NCBI GenBank assembly: GCA_034780895.1
Contig: JAUZTB010000064.1
Location: forward strand, 114,965,116 to 115,029,115
Direction of reading: 5' to 3'
From: Rhynchobatus australiae
Taxonomy: Eukaryota
DNA: 64,000 nt
The notes beneath the pieces were generated by a model that was given only the letters and a program-made list of their open reading frames with translations, was not told the DNA's origin and did not search any database. Positions 12,186 through 25,900 of this stretch are shown here, in pieces. The translations under genes and the position numbers were made by a program. The stretch's first letter is position 1; each line of letters opens with the position of its first letter.

Positions 12186-12979
12186 TCAGTTCCAAGAGCA
12201 ACAGATCATGGAAGTTCTCAAAGCCCCCCACCCCACCAAGCTCATCATCACAAATTACACTCCAGTATTTCTGAGACCCCTCATTTCCACACATCAGAAT
12301 GCTTACCCCTCCAACAATCTCTGGCAATTTTTATGTCTCTGTGATCTCCGAGTAACCGTTTGATTCCACTAAACCCATTCCCCCCTCCCCATAATCTCTG
12401 ATTTTTCCTACCATTTTGGGATCTCTGACAAGCTGCACCTTTGATCTTAACTCTCTCATCCAATTGCCTAATCTCCAGTTCCACCCACCTACCAGNNNNN
12501 NNNNNNNNNNNNNNNNNGCACACTGATGGAAAACAATCTGCTGGTTGGAAGAATTGAGAGTTGGAAAATAAAGTTTGGCTCATCAGTGAATTTCTGTCTA
12601 TCTGTCTCTCCCACACTCTCAGCTGTCAGAAATTAGGGTGTTCGCAATTTTTAACTACATTATAACTCAATTAGAGCCTGCTGGTGTGAAATTTGAATCA
12701 TTAGCACCGATTATTTAGATGTGTAAGATTGACCATAGTGTTGCCAGTCGCATTTGATGAAGATGAATGCCAAATGGAAGAATTCAGCGATGTCTGGCAC
12801 CAGCCCAGCCATCTGGGAGTTCAGCATTCCAGCTACAGCTCTCCTTTAACCTTGCGAGGCTAAACAAACTTTCAGCAGCAGGAAGTCTAAAGAAATGGAG
12901 CGGGGGAAGGAGTGGGGAGTGCCTGAGTCCAATAGTGCGCATGGCTTAGTTAGGAATGCATTCACTGGTGTTGACTATT

Positions 12980-13690
12980 GGACCACTACTCCCACAGAGC
13001 CTTCAAAGACACCACATTCTTTCTGTTCTGTGATGGACAATGTGTGTTTATAGGCTTAGTTTTTCAAAGGTTGCCATCACTGAGATATGTAACATTCTCC
13101 AAGACTTTCATCTATCCTCTCAAGCCTACATTGCTCTCTCCATGAAGGTCAAGATCACATTGACAATCAACTTCCTCACCACAGGATCATTCCAAGTGGC
13201 CCGAGCCAATCTCTCAATTTGTTGTTCAGTGCTTCCCCAGAGAGGTCACTCAGATATTTCCATCTGCTTTGATTTCACTGAGGAACAAGTTGTATCTGGG
13301 GCACTGATGTTTCCCACATTGATGGTTTTCCAAAATAAAACATTTTCTATTGTGTATAAACTGTGGTGTGCCGTTCACCTGGACATATCTCGTGTGATTC
13401 ACGGTCCTGGGGATGGCACTGCAGCCACACTTGCTAGGCTGTGCTGGTGCACTTAAACCTCCCCCCAAAGTGATTGTGGGAGTTGTTTCCTTGTCCCTTA
13501 CAGACTCCAGCTCCTGAAGGCACCAAAGTATGGGTTGCTGGTGACTGGCTGTCACTGTGGGAGTGTGCCTTTTTAAGAGCTGATGTCCTTCCCTAAATGT
13601 CACCCAGCAGAGCGTTGGAGGTACGTGAAATTGAAGAGGAATTGCATTGCAATGCTCGTTTCCAGGAGAAAAACCCATGAGTGCCATTTC
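12980..13690 (+). mobile_element. PIF/Harbinger (HARBI1-type DDE) transposase pseudogene fragment
   Basis: ORF 13040..13456 begins CVYRLSFSKVAITEICNILQD..ALSMKVKITLTINFLTTGSFQ, the characteristic Harbinger transposase N-terminal block. A WLLGD-like remnant (gggttgctggtgac) lies at ~13532. Confidence 0.7.
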
Positions 13691-16600
13691 AAACTAACTT
13701 TTGGCCAAATATTGTGATTATTTTGCAGGGGATCCGTTTGGACATTAGTTATGTATCAGATATGGATATAAACCAATTTTTACACATTTTTGTTTCTTTA
13801 CTTGAAAATACCATAAAGCTTGGCAATTCACTGGGTATGAACTATTTGTATTATGTTTTGTCCTTATTTGACCACCACATACAGTTCCTTTTTTATTCAT
13901 CAGATGCAGAATACTTTGCTGTGATTAAACAGAGCATCCAAGTACCTAGTTAAAATTTTTTGACCAATATTGTCAGCTTAGCAGAAGAGTAATGCATTTT
14001 GCACTGCATAGTATAAATTCTCTGTCTTTATCACAACATTTCTAGGCCTTTGTTTTAATCCTGGAACTCAAAATACATCAGTGCTATGTTTGCTAGTTGT
14101 ATTGTGGATGTTGATTGTGAATAGAAATGGAAATGAATTATCAAAGCATTCAGATAAATAACTGATTATTAGTGTTTGAAGGTACTTTTGGTGAACAATA
14201 AACCATAATTTTCCAAACCCATGGGAAATATTGGTCATCAATACCATGGAACAAGAATATAGGAAACAGAAGCTTGAGTAGAAATTTATTCTCTCTTGAC
14301 AAGAGAACACTTTCCCAGAACTCATCCATAGGACATGCAGAAATACATTGTTGTCANNNNNNNNNNNNNNNNNNNNNNNNNNNNNNNNNNNNNNNNNNNN
14401 NNNNNNNNNNNNNNNNNNNNNNNNNNNNNNNNNNNNNNNNNNNNNNNNNNNNNNNNCATGCAGAAATACATTGTTGTCAGTGGATTGTGCAGCAGGCATG
14501 ATTCTCATGACTTTGTACACCACAAGCATCAAGTTCAGTCAACAGAACCAGAAGTTCAACACCACATGTTGTAGAACTAGAAAAAAAGCACTAGGTAATA
14601 TATCTACTAATTATAAATGAACTCCAGTGGAGTAATGTTGCAGCCCATAATCCACTCTCTGTCATGGATGACCAGAGACTCTCATAGAATTGGTCAAGTC
14701 ACCCTTTTGCTACCTTCAGGTAGTTATAGTAGTGGAACTTAATCCTATCAGTTTTGATGAACCACACCCAAATTGGAGGTTCCAACAGCAACAGAATAAG
14801 TCATTGATTAAGGTTATGGCTGTCAGAATTTGGATAAAGGAGAATCCATCAGCAAGATGAGTGAGCATTTCCTGGTAAAATTTTAAAGTTAAATTTCCAT
14901 CAGAGCTTTTTGGGGGCAGGTTTGTTGCAGGTCAAAACTTCTCCCTGCGTCTTGAAAGAGAAAAAAAAAGCTGTGGATTTATAGAATGTCTTTCACAGCA
15001 TGTTGTAGCAAATGTACAGAAGTAGACCTCATTGCAAATCCTGGGGTATGGTGCATTAACATATTGCTAATAGGTGCCCACATATTTTACAGCATAATTG
15101 GGGTTGTTGTCTCAGGTGGAGAAGGAGAATTGGCAGTGTACCAGTACTGCCAGACCATAACAGCTACAATAGCCAGATCCAGCAGTTTTTTTTTGTGGGC
15201 CAACTGCTGAAAACAATCAATCAATTGCATTCAGGAAACTGACACATTTTAAAAATTCCACTCCTATCCCACCTCAAATGCCTGGAGTAATTCCAGATAA
15301 CATAAATGCAAAGGTGTCCCTTATATAGATCAGTCCTGATGTTTTAAATTAAGGAAATGCATTATTTGGCATATTTGNNNNNNNNNNTAATGCAGAGTGT
15401 ATGTTATATACCCACATAGAAATAAAAACTAGATTCTTGTGGAGAGAAGAGATGGGGTTTCCTGCCTTTAAAATTATGATGTACTTATGCTGATTTCACT
15501 GCAGGTCATTTGAAGCTTTAATCCCCTCATGATTTTAGTAGCTGAGTAGTTTGCTTAATAGAAGAAGGAGCCCTAGTCACAAGTCCTAATAATTTGTGAA
15601 GAAATTGTAAAAGAGAGAAACTAAGCATCTGATGACCTGAATTGAGAAATTATGTTGTAAGTTACAACTAAACAAGAACAGAAACTTTACATAAGAATAA
15701 TGAAAGTATATTTTTAAAAATTCCATTGAAAATTAAGTGCAGTTGCCAGGTGCTTTTACAACAACAAATTGAAAGATCTATCAGACTTGCGAACCTGACA
15801 TCAAATTTTAAATCCACAGCACTCAACAAAACCAATGTTGAAAATCAGGGTGAGTTTCTGGGGCAGGAGAGCTAGATTTCAATTGCTTTCTGTTGTTAAA
15901 TCACGAAGAGTCAAACCAGAACAGAAATGTATCTCATAGTGAAAATATCTTGTGTGGATAAATTTTCCAACATTTAAATTCATGATCACTTTCTATGTGC
16001 TGGTCTTCCTTTTTGTTTGTTTCCCTGTAAAGTTAACACATTGTTAAGTTGGAAGAAACAATTACATTAACCAATAAGCACATTCTTTTAGGAATGGAGT
16101 TATTTATTGGGTATTGGATGTATTAGATTAATTATTTTGTTGCTTAAACCCAAAAACCCAATAACTGTCAATGACAGANNNNNNNNNNTCTCTTCATAAA
16201 ATGTAGCAGCTAATGTTCTTGTTTGTTTCTAAAGCTAGGTATTGCTATTTAATGGTATCTTTTACTGACAGGAGGATTCTTTCATGCTGTGGCAAGTAAA
16301 GAAATAATTACAGTGTCTTTAGATGACTTAGGTACTTTGGTATGAGAAGACATAGGTAGGTCTGCCTATCTTCTATTGGTGAAAAATAGGTAGTTGTAAT
16401 CTTTGGAAACAGTCTTCCATCCAAGTCAGTTACGCTGCATATTCTAATTCCTAGCTGCCTGACCTTAGTCCTCAATTCGCCACAGTACTTTTACTGCCAT
16501 CAATCTGCTTCCCCATTTCTCTACATCAAGTTATGATGATTCTGTCACCTATAAAACATTTGCTATTATTCTATGCAATCCCATATGTATGACTTTCATC

Positions 16601-17204
16601 TCCTTTTGCTAATTCAAGGATTCATCTTCAACATTTTTTTCATTATAGGACTTCATTTTCTTCTTCCAAGACCACATATTATTACAGAATCATCTAGCAG
16701 GCAAGACAACTACTTTTCTGTACTATCACTCATCTACTTAAACCCCCCTGCCTTCCCCCAACACTCTCATCTCCAACAACTATCCATCAATAAGAATTTG
16801 TCACATAGATTGTGACCAATCATGTAGCTTTCCTTGCTGCTTCTCCTCCCCAGATACCGTTATTAGGACAAATATTTCCCTGGTCCCACCTGCTTGTGTC
16901 CTTGAAGACACAGCAGCATCTCCACTATCGTCTTTATGTCCTTTATTGAGGATGCTCTCTTTGGATAAGGATGTCCAATAATTATCAATATCACCAGGCC
17001 TCATTTTTTTTCTGCAGGAAAAGTCCTTTGATATACTCAAAAAAAAGCTTGCATAAGAGACCTCAATATGATTTATGCTTTTGGAATAAGAAACCAAGGC
17101 ACAGGAATTGGACTTTGTTGTCCTCATCTCAGCAACCAATATCCTGAAGCTCAAGAACCCATAAAAGTATGTACAACATTAATCATGATTTTGGCCCTTG
17201 TATG

Positions 17205-17432
17205 AGACATCACATCTCACCTAGACTTTTCTGATGAGCAATGTATTCATGGGCTCATATTTTACAAAGCTGTCATTTCAAAGGCATTTGACATTCTTAA
17301 GGAGCTTGTTAAAATGAATACAGGAAGCTTTCTTTTCAGGAAAGAATCATAACTAAATATTCTCAATAAGAAAGTTTTACCCTTGCCAAAATTCCTAGAA
17401 TTATGCTGCAAACTATTTTTGGGGACATTTTG
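17205..17432 (+). mobile_element. Second Harbinger transposase N-terminal relic
   Basis: From ~17215 reads SHLDFSDEQCIHGLIFYKAVISKAFDILKE, which aligns with the 13020-13105 copy (DGQCVYRLSFSKVAITEICNILQD). Confidence 0.5.
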
Positions 17433-17690
17433 AAGTCAGGTCAAGTTTATTGTCATGTGTACAAGTATGCTGAGGTACAGGTACAATGAAAAACTCTCTT
17501 ACAGCAGCATCACAGGCATAAAGATACAGACAACACACAGAATGTAAATTATGCTTAAATTATACAAGACAATGGAGAGAATAAAAAAAGATTGTGATAT
17601 TATCAAAATATTAATGATACCACAAGAATATACAAGATAGTGCAAAAAACAAAGACACAATCAGAGGCAAGTTTGTGGCAATGTACATAC
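17433..17690 (-). mobile_element. 3' tail of a non-CR1 LINE (Rex1/Babar- or L2-like), 5'-truncated
   Basis: The minus strand ends gtacacatgacaataaacttgacctgactt: AATAAA followed by a short (cttga)-type repeat tail. Confidence 0.5.
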
Positions 17691-18534
17691 AGAGATTATG
17701 GAGAGAGACTCTATCTCCACACATTGTGCAAAGCAGTTGCTAACTAAGTTAATCATAAATTGCAGCAAATGGAGATATTTTGTTAAGGTGTTGGAACTGA
17801 CTTGAGATATCTGGAACTAAGTTCCTCATAGATTCACTTTTTCAAGAATGCATTAGCAGCTTTGTATGCTTGTTAGGAAGTCCAGAGATATCAATGTCAC
17901 CAGGCAGCAAGTTCTGAAGTGCTGTTTTTCTGCAAGTTATTCTTTTGACATACTCAATAAGGAGCTTGCATGAGAGACTTCATAAATAACAACTTCGATT
18001 TAGAATTTCAAAGATGACTAGCCCAATTGGACAACTCTAGTTGCAACCTGGGCTACAAGGTCTTTTTGTCTGCTGAACTTATGTTGCCATGGTACTGAAG
18101 TAAGGCCTAAAGAATAGCTAACCATTATATCAGAATTCAGAAGATCATGAAACCAGCCATTGTCTATTATCATGCCAACATGTAAAGATGCCCATTTTAA
18201 ATTCTGTTGATAATCTGAGGGAGAAATAGCAGACTTATTTCCAAACACATCTGTTATAAATATTGTTCAATGTTAATTGGAACCATACACCAATGATTTT
18301 AACTTAACTTTTAAGTAGTCCCCATAATTTAGCACATTAGAAAAAAAACTGTTAATCTAAACAATGTGTGTTCAAATTCTTTATGCTGAAATCACTAANN
18401 NNNNNNNNNNNNNNNNNNNNNNNNNNNNNNNNNNNNNNNNNNNNNNNNNNNNNNNNNNNNNNNNNNNNNNNNNNNNNNNNNNNNNNNNNNNNNNNNNNNN
18501 NNNNNNNNNNNNNNNNNNNNNNNNNNNNNNNNNN

Positions 18535-18607
<73 letters not shown>
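18535..18607. repeat. (TC)n microsatellite next to an N run
   Basis: A perfect TC run of ~36 units after the gap 18399-18534. It explains the SLSL/ERER ORFs. Confidence 0.98.
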
Positions 18608-18610
<3 letters not shown>

Positions 18611-19329
18611 TGTGTATATTTTTTCATTTCAACCGGCCATGCAACTCCTGAATGATACTCTTTAACTTTTTCTATTAAGTATGAGAATCTCCTACAATGC
18701 TTACATCAGAAGATTATGATGAACTTCAGTGCTTAAGTGTGGTGTGTGTATAAGTACCAGGACTGAAGTCAGCTACACATAGTCATCATTGTGGTGGATT
18801 TACTCATTGCCAAATTTAATTTTGAGATTTTTGTTGGCCAATAGGTCCAGTTACATATGACCCTGTAAAGCCTGTCCCTCTGTGTATATGCATTCATATG
18901 CTATCATGCCTGTAATTGAGTCTGATGACAGCCATAATCACTTTCTAACATATAGAAGATCTGGTGATATGTTGGATAAATGCAAGTATGAAGTCTCCTT
19001 GGAATTTCTGTTGATTCTAATTTCAGAAACACTTAAATTATAAGTTATTATGACACAATTGGCTCAGCACAGGGAATGGTCAATTATGACATAATTTATT
19101 TAATACACAGAATCCTGTACCATGACACCATCATATTAGAATCAGTAACGGGCAAGTTATGACACATTGCCAGCATAGGAAGCACAAAAATCAAAATTAA
19201 ATAAATTGGAAATTTAATTCAAATCTACTTCTCTTCATCATACTACTTGTGCCTTGTTGGTGCTTGAAAGGGTTGGGGATTCAATAGATAAGTTATATAT
19301 TTTTTTTAAAAAGCTACCTGTTTGATCTT

Positions 19330-19790
19330 GGTTGCTCGAGATAAATTTCTAGACCCTGCACTGGCCCCATCCTACCCGGAGATATATGCTGGAGAATTGG
19401 CAATGGTAACGCTATTGAACAATATGAAAAGCTGCTTAGATTTGCCTTCTTTGTAGATCCATGCTTGGGACTTAACTGACTCAAATTTCATTGCCTGTTA
19501 CCAACTTATCTTGAAAGTTGCTTGGTCTTGCTGCATGCGAACACAGAGTGCTTCATTTTCTGAAGAACAGCAAATGGAATTAAAGCTGTACAATCCTCAG
19601 ACTAGAATCCCACTTCTGAATTTATAATGAATGCAAGCCCAGGACACTGCTGCATTGATCTCCCTCAGCCAAAATCTCCAACACCACAGCCATCTTACTC
19701 ATTACATCTACAACTGGAATTAGAACAAGGTTTTCTCTTCCAATGATTTAAGTTTTACCAGGGCTTATTGATATTATTCTTGGCTACAAG
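19330..19790 (-). mobile_element. Old CR1-group LINE RT fragment
   Basis: ctccaacaccacagccatctt...agttttaccagggcttattgat resembles, from memory, the antisense RT region of elasmobranch CR1-group LINEs. Very decayed. Confidence 0.35.
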
Positions 19791-22429
19791 AGATTCTGGG
19801 TGTTCTATTTTTAGTAGAACAATTTAAGGAGAGATTTAGTGTCACTGTTGCAAAGCCTAAAGGAGTTGATCAAGAAGGGAAATCGATTCAGGAGCATAAT
19901 GAGAAGTGTGCTTAAATAAACAACTTTGTCAAAGAGCCCTGACTTTTCATTAGGGAGCTTTATCAAACCGCTAGCATTATGACACCATCAGCCAAATGAT
20001 CTCCTTGTGTGCTGGAGGAAGCAATAATTTGTAGTCAATTCCACAAGAAATTAATATTTGTTTCTAATGTCATTTCAATGAAGACTAAATGGGATAGATT
20101 TTGGCCCTGGTCCCAATTCAGGCTCAGACAAGGCAATATGCAATTAATTGGAGCTTGATCTGAAAAAGCTGAAGAAATTAATTCTTGAACCTGTACAGCA
20201 TGCTCAGGGCAATCTACCAGGCACTGTTGGCCTCCAAAATCTGCTCTTCCATATGAAGATACTGTATCATTGCTTGGCCACCTGCTTCACTGCATTGGCC
20301 CTCAGGAAATTCCCTGGAAGGAGTTTTGGAGCAGGGCAATGGACGTATTTTTAAATGCAACTCTTGGGAGTGTTTTTGCCCCTTCAGCTCCACAAGAACA
20401 TTTAAAATACATTTCTCTTCTTCTCACTGGGAACCAGTGAGGCCAAATTTTTATTATGGATCAATCCATGATTTGCATTCTTAGAGACCAGCCAGGAGAT
20501 TAAAAATTGGCCCTATAAATTTAGCAGTAGGCCTTTTGGCNNNNNNNNNNNNNNNNNNNNNNNNNNNNNNNNNNNNNNNNNNNNNNNNNNNNNNNNNNNN
20601 NNNNNNNNNNNNNNNNNNNNNNNNNNNNNNNNNNNNNNNNGGCTGTATTGATCGGATACATACTATCCTGCTGCACAGTTAGAATGCATTGTATTTGTTC
20701 TTGTCTCTATCATAATTAATAGAAAGGTGTGATCTATTTGCAGATATACTCCAATTATATTTATCATTTGAAATATTATATGTAGTGTCTGGGTTAAAAA
20801 GTACCAAGAATGTTTCTACCTACGGACATGCTTGCCAAAAATTGATTTCAATGAGAAGTACCCCTCTAATTATATAGCATAGATAGCTATGACCCATTGT
20901 GACATAGTGCTTCTCTATACTACAGATAATAAATCCCATCTCAATATATTACTAACCCTATTAAATTGTCTGTGACTCTGCTGAAATAGAACAAGAATCT
21001 CCCAGTCCGTCTTAGCAGAAACCCAGGCAAAAAGTATAATATATTGTTTAAACATACCTGCACAGAAGCAGCCTTCATGTATATTTCAATTAAACTCTAT
21101 GCTACATGCATACAGCAGCAGTTAATATAAAAATATCTCTGTCATGCTGTGAGTTTGAAAAAAATCTCAGAGTAATGGCAGAGGTAAAGATGAATTATTG
21201 CTCCATTGGAGCTGCACCTGCTAATTTGCAAGGGCGGTGTTCTCAATTTTCACAACACCATGGAACTGAGTACAATGTGCAAAGGCCAAACGACATAATG
21301 GTCTTCAGAAGACCTGCTCCTCCTTTACTCCATTCCAAAACATCCAGATGCTGACAGCTAGTGTTACTCCTGAATCTCCAGTAATCTTTGTTAGTATCAC
21401 CTCCACTAACTCAAAAGCCCTGTTAGGTTGCATTAGGCCTTTGGAGGCCAGTTGACATTCAACCAGAACACCTGGGTGCGAGAGGGGCAGTAGTCAGGCG
21501 TGCAAGTGTGTTATTGAGATCCTGGGAGCAAGTTGCAATTAACCCAGCCACTGGGAAACTGACTGGATTGGGTATAATGGTGCTTCCATGCTCTCCAATT
21601 TTACTGTGTTGAACCCAGTATTGGCTGGGACAGACTGACATTGCACCATATGTCAATTAATCTCGTGGATAGTCTGCCCAGTGAATACATAAATATTACA
21701 GTGATCAAAACCTGGCAGAATCAGGTTAGTTTGATGTAATCTAATTTTGAATAATCTGACAGCAATCTAAGATCCAACATAAATAAAAGTCACTTACATA
21801 GGTTGTAAGTAGGAACTGACAGGAAAAAAACAACAGAAGTCATCTTCAAGAAAAGAGAAAAAAGCAGTAGATCTTGGTAACTATACAATGGTAGAATTAG
21901 TGGTAAATATCAAGATATTGGACTTTTTCTTTGGTGATATTTACCTGAAACCTAACGCACCAGCATTCGGAGAGTTCTCTCTTAGGTGGTGCTTTACACC
22001 AGTCTCTGTTCAGACATCAATAAACTTGAATCCAAAGTCAAATAAAATGAAGTCTGGTAGACATTCGCAACTCTCTGAGAAGCCCATGTTTGGAATAGAA
22101 GCGCAGCTTTGAACAAGAGGGTGGTTGTTCCCATAACAGAAGCTGCAATAGCACTATTGGCGCAGTGCCCAGAATATCTGGGCTCAGTATGTTTAAGGCT
22201 ATCACCAGATGCAATGAAAAGTGTCCATTTCCTTAGGTATATACACTTCTGTAATAACCCATAAACTAAATCAAGGACAGACTTGCTCACATTGTGAAGT
22301 TCTGGAGAAGTGTGAACTATGTTGAATGTGTACATTCGGTAAGTTAACTTCAAAACATAGGTCTAGATTTTCCAATTGGCAGGAGTATTTGAGTATACTT
22401 TAGGATACATTTATGGTTAGATTGATTGG

Positions 22430-23335
22430 TAGCATCAGTGGGGAGAGAAACAGAGTTGTTTTTTTTGGACTTTCCCTCTATCATATTTGATAGGGCTCTC
22501 AAGCACATCTCTTATATATCTCATACCTCTGCTCTCATCCCCCTTCCTTACTGTCTGCCCCACCAGCCTTTACAGGTCATCTTCTATAATGTTTGCCAGT
22601 TCCAGTTGGACTAACCATATCTCCCTCTCCTCTTCACTTTCAGCATTCTATATGGATCACTCTCTCCACAACTCCCTGGTCCACTCTTCTGTCTCTACAG
22701 GCCACTCCTCTTCCCACAACACTTTCCCATGCAATCATGGAAAATATAACACCTACCCTGTTACTGCTTCCATTTCCCACAATCCAGGGACCTAGTAGTT
22801 CTTCCAGGTGAAGTAACAATTCCCTTACACTTCTTCCAATTTTGAGTATTGAATTTGGTGCTCACCATGTATTCTCCGCTGTGCTGAAGAAAACTAAATG
22901 CAGATTGGCTGAACATTTTGCAGAACGCCTCTGTTTAATTTGTAAGGAAATCCTAAATTATCAGTCAACTGTCACTTTAATTCTCTGCCTCGCTCCCAAT
23001 CAGTCCTCTTAGTCTTCAACCTTTTACATTGCTGGAATAATGCCCAACATAAGCTAAGGGAACAGCACCTTATCTTCCACCTGGGTATGTGGAAGTCCTT
23101 GGAATTTAATGTTGAATTTAACAGTTTCAGGTTACCACTCCATTTTTCCCCTCTCTCCCTATGGATGAGTCTGTACCTTTCCATTTCAGTTTGTTTCAGC
23201 TTAGCTTTCTGTCTCCAAATGGTCTGCACCCTATTCCAGGCATTCCATTTATTCTCTCCACCCATCTCCTCTCTGCAACTTATAACATGTGGTTTCTCAC
23301 TTCTTCGGTTCTGATGAAGGGACCTTGACGTTATT
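22430..23335 (+). mobile_element. 5'-truncated Penelope-like element: GIY-YIG endonuclease end plus 3' pseudo-LTR, with a short inverted pLTR stub at the 5' end
   Basis: 22820-23130 decodes with stops and frameshifts to YTSSNFEY*IWCSPC..TKCRLAEHFAE..HFNS..LREQHLIFHLG..FNVEFNSF, the PLE GIY-YIG C-terminus. CTGATGAAGGG lies at 23311. An inverted stub gcatcagtggggagagaaacagag lies at ~22432-22456. Confidence 0.8.
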
Positions 23336-24100
23336 TACTCCAGGTTATAAAATTGTATTTGTAGAACACTGCTAGAAAGGTCTTTGAGGTAGCAGTTGTG
23401 TGTCTTTTTGTTTCTGCATTTATTTTTTGTGATTTTTTTTTTCATTAATGAAGTTGGAAAAAACATCTTTAATTAAATTTCCTGAAGCTTCGTGGATTTT
23501 TGTGGTGTTGCATTTTTAATGTAGAATACGCTGGGAAGGACTAAAATTGATTGACAGTTTGGCAGGATATATTGTTTAATATGAACAATCATTACTAAAC
23601 CAGAAATATATCATTACAGAGCCAGTAAATGGAATAAGATTCTTATTGAATCATTGTAGAGTAAAATTACATATTTAAGTAATTTATGGGGAAAAATTTG
23701 GAATTATGTTTCTTTTGTTTCCTTATAAATATTTTCTAAAACAGAAGCAGTGGGCAAATCAATGGTTGGAAATGCATGGGAAGGAAACGCAATTTCAATT
23801 TCTCTCATAGATATGGTCTGATAACTTGTGTAGAAGTCACATCATCCAACTTAAGATGAAGATACATTAAACAGCAACTCAATACAGTTTTGCTTCAGAG
23901 GAAGATTATTGTCTTTTTTTGACTATCCTCAGATGATTACATTCCACATTGAATTATCATAATACATTTAGGAATTTGAGTTTTGCTTTTCTTTGAGAGG
24001 AATAGGTCTGTAGGGAAAGATGAAAATACACTTTTAAATGTCTGTTTGAGTTTATATGTCTTGGGTTCTCTGTCTCACTCTTTATACTTACTCCTTGCAG

Positions 24101-24281
24101 GATCTCCAGTGCTCACTGGCACAGGCACCATCACATTGNNNNNNNNNNNNNNNNNNNNNNNNNNNNNNGCATTCGCTTTCAAAACATACCATGCCACCAT
24201 CCCTGAGGACGCTCCAACAGGGACTGATGTTTTGCTTGTCAACTCCACTGATGCCGATGAAGGTTTGAATGCAGTTGTCAG
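24101..24281 (+). CDS. FAT4: FAT4 internal exon (181 nt), cadherin repeat; partly N-masked
   Basis: Acceptor ctccttgcag ends at 24100 and donor gtaagg starts at 24282. Translates (G)SPVLTGTGTITL-X10-AFAFKTYHATIPEDAPTGTDVLLVNSTDADEGLNAVV, with cadherin PE and DAD motifs. Confidence 0.95.
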
Positions 24282-25619
24282 GTAAGGACATTGTGTAGCA
24301 ATTTTTTTTCTCTGCAGCGGCACAATACAAGTAGAATTCTAACTTATTGATGTACCCTGAGCTGAAATGCATTTTACTCATCGGCCTTAAAATTTGATCA
24401 CATTACCATGCTATTCAAGCAAAAGACTGCCCCTAAAGATCCAATAAGACAGGTGATATGCTCACCATCTACATCACAAGTATGTTAGCTGCAATGTTGG
24501 ACTAGGACATGCTCCTGGGTGTGGTTGAATTGTCTAACGCTGTTTTCTGTGTTTATTTGGGAACACTCAGATAGTGATACATCTTGATATAAAATGTCAG
24601 CTTTTGACATAATGTCTTTATCATGCCACACGCGGGTATTCCCTTGGCTGACCAGAATTTGCCATTTAGGTTTTCTAATTCATTATTTATCCAAACAAGG
24701 GTAATGAAAATGTTCAGTGGTGCTGTCATGTTGTCCATAGCACCACTCAACTGTGGATGTTGTACTTCTTTGGAATGTAACATCCTCTCAATTAATAATT
24801 TGTTTCATGTTGTAAATCCCAAAGCATCCCATTTTTCCACTGAAGAAATTAATTTGGTTGCTAGTGAAAAAATAACTCTATTGGATCGTTGTGCAACATG
24901 ATCGGAATCAAAAACAAATTGTTGAATCTCTTGTTGATTAACAAGTACTTGTGAGATTTTTGTGTTTTTCATTATTTGTTATTTAGTAAACCTTATAAGG
25001 GACTAGGATAGATTTCAGCTTTCTGAGTTGAAAACAAATTGAAATATACTTCGTCCTGCTGTGCTAAATGCATTGTTAAAGTGGCAGTATTTACCTGCAA
25101 TACCAGGTTAGCCTGCAGATGGTAATACTAATGGCTTGTATTGATTACGAAACAATCCATTGTGACACAGATGTTCTGCTGGTGAAACTTTGAAAGTCAC
25201 ATCCAGTCTATGCAACGTACTTCCAAGTCACAAAGGGATTCAGGAAATCCTAAAGTCGGACTGATGTATAATTCAAATGCAGTATTTCATCTGCCTCAAC
25301 TCATCTATGGAACATATACTTGTGAATTACACAAACATACACAGAAGTAAAATTGGCAGAAAGAAATAGAAATCATCATAAGCTTCTTGGACCAAAGAAA
25401 AGTGCAAAATATACACTACATTCCTTTTTAAGCCCCTCTTTTATGTTGTTGATGTTCTGAAAATTGAAATTTGGAGCCAATAAGACTTCATTCATGCACA
25501 TTTAAGTAAAACATGCTTAAGAATATACAAATCTTTTTTCACTGTCAATGGGCAAGTCAGTTGCATTGTTCTAATTTTAGCGGCTTTGAGGTATGAGAAA
25601 TAGGCCATTAGGTTTAATG

Positions 25620-25900
25620 AGGAACAGTTGGCCTCACGATCTCCCTGTAACTGCATGAGGTTCCTCTAAGTGTTCCAGTTTACCCCCCCCCCCCGGCATC
25701 CCAATGACATGTGTGTTGGTAGGTTAGCTGGTCACTGTAAATTTTCCCTGGTGTGTAAATCAGTGGCAGGAACTGAAGAAGTTGATAGGACTGTGACGCG
25801 AATAAAGTGGGATTGGTGTAAATTGATAGTTAGGGTTGGTGTAGATTTGGTTGGTCAAAGGGTCTGTTTCTGTGCTGTAAATCTCTGAATCTGTGACTCT
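25620..25900 (+). mobile_element. HE1-like V-SINE with CR1-type tail, decayed and 5'-deleted
   Basis: Degenerate V domain, ggttagctggtcactgtaaattttccct, and tail gggtctgtttctgtgctgtaaatctct. Homologous to 52687-53035. Confidence 0.75.

Noticed and set aside
13040-13456. Functional HARBI1-like gene nested in FAT4
   Set aside because: Similarity is lost by frameshift after GSFQ, and no intact DDE triad frame is present.
14334-14479. CRISPR-like or TSD-like direct repeats around N runs (also 51752-51907)
   Set aside because: The DNA is eukaryotic, each repeat has only two copies, and both pairs flank exactly 100 N. This is best explained as an assembly overlap.
18352-18655. ERER/SLSL and poly-X ORFs (also 8302-8647, 60579-61040, 62362-62880)
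   Set aside because: They are artefacts of the TC microsatellite and N runs, which contain no stop codons.
20091-20515. Possible MITE with GGG..ATTTT / AAAATT..CCC ends
   Set aside because: The terminal match is too short and degenerate to support without a consensus.
25106-25125. CTCF-like words (cctgcagatggta; also cagcagatggc at ~47144)
   Set aside because: These are partial matches only and are expected by chance in 64 kb.
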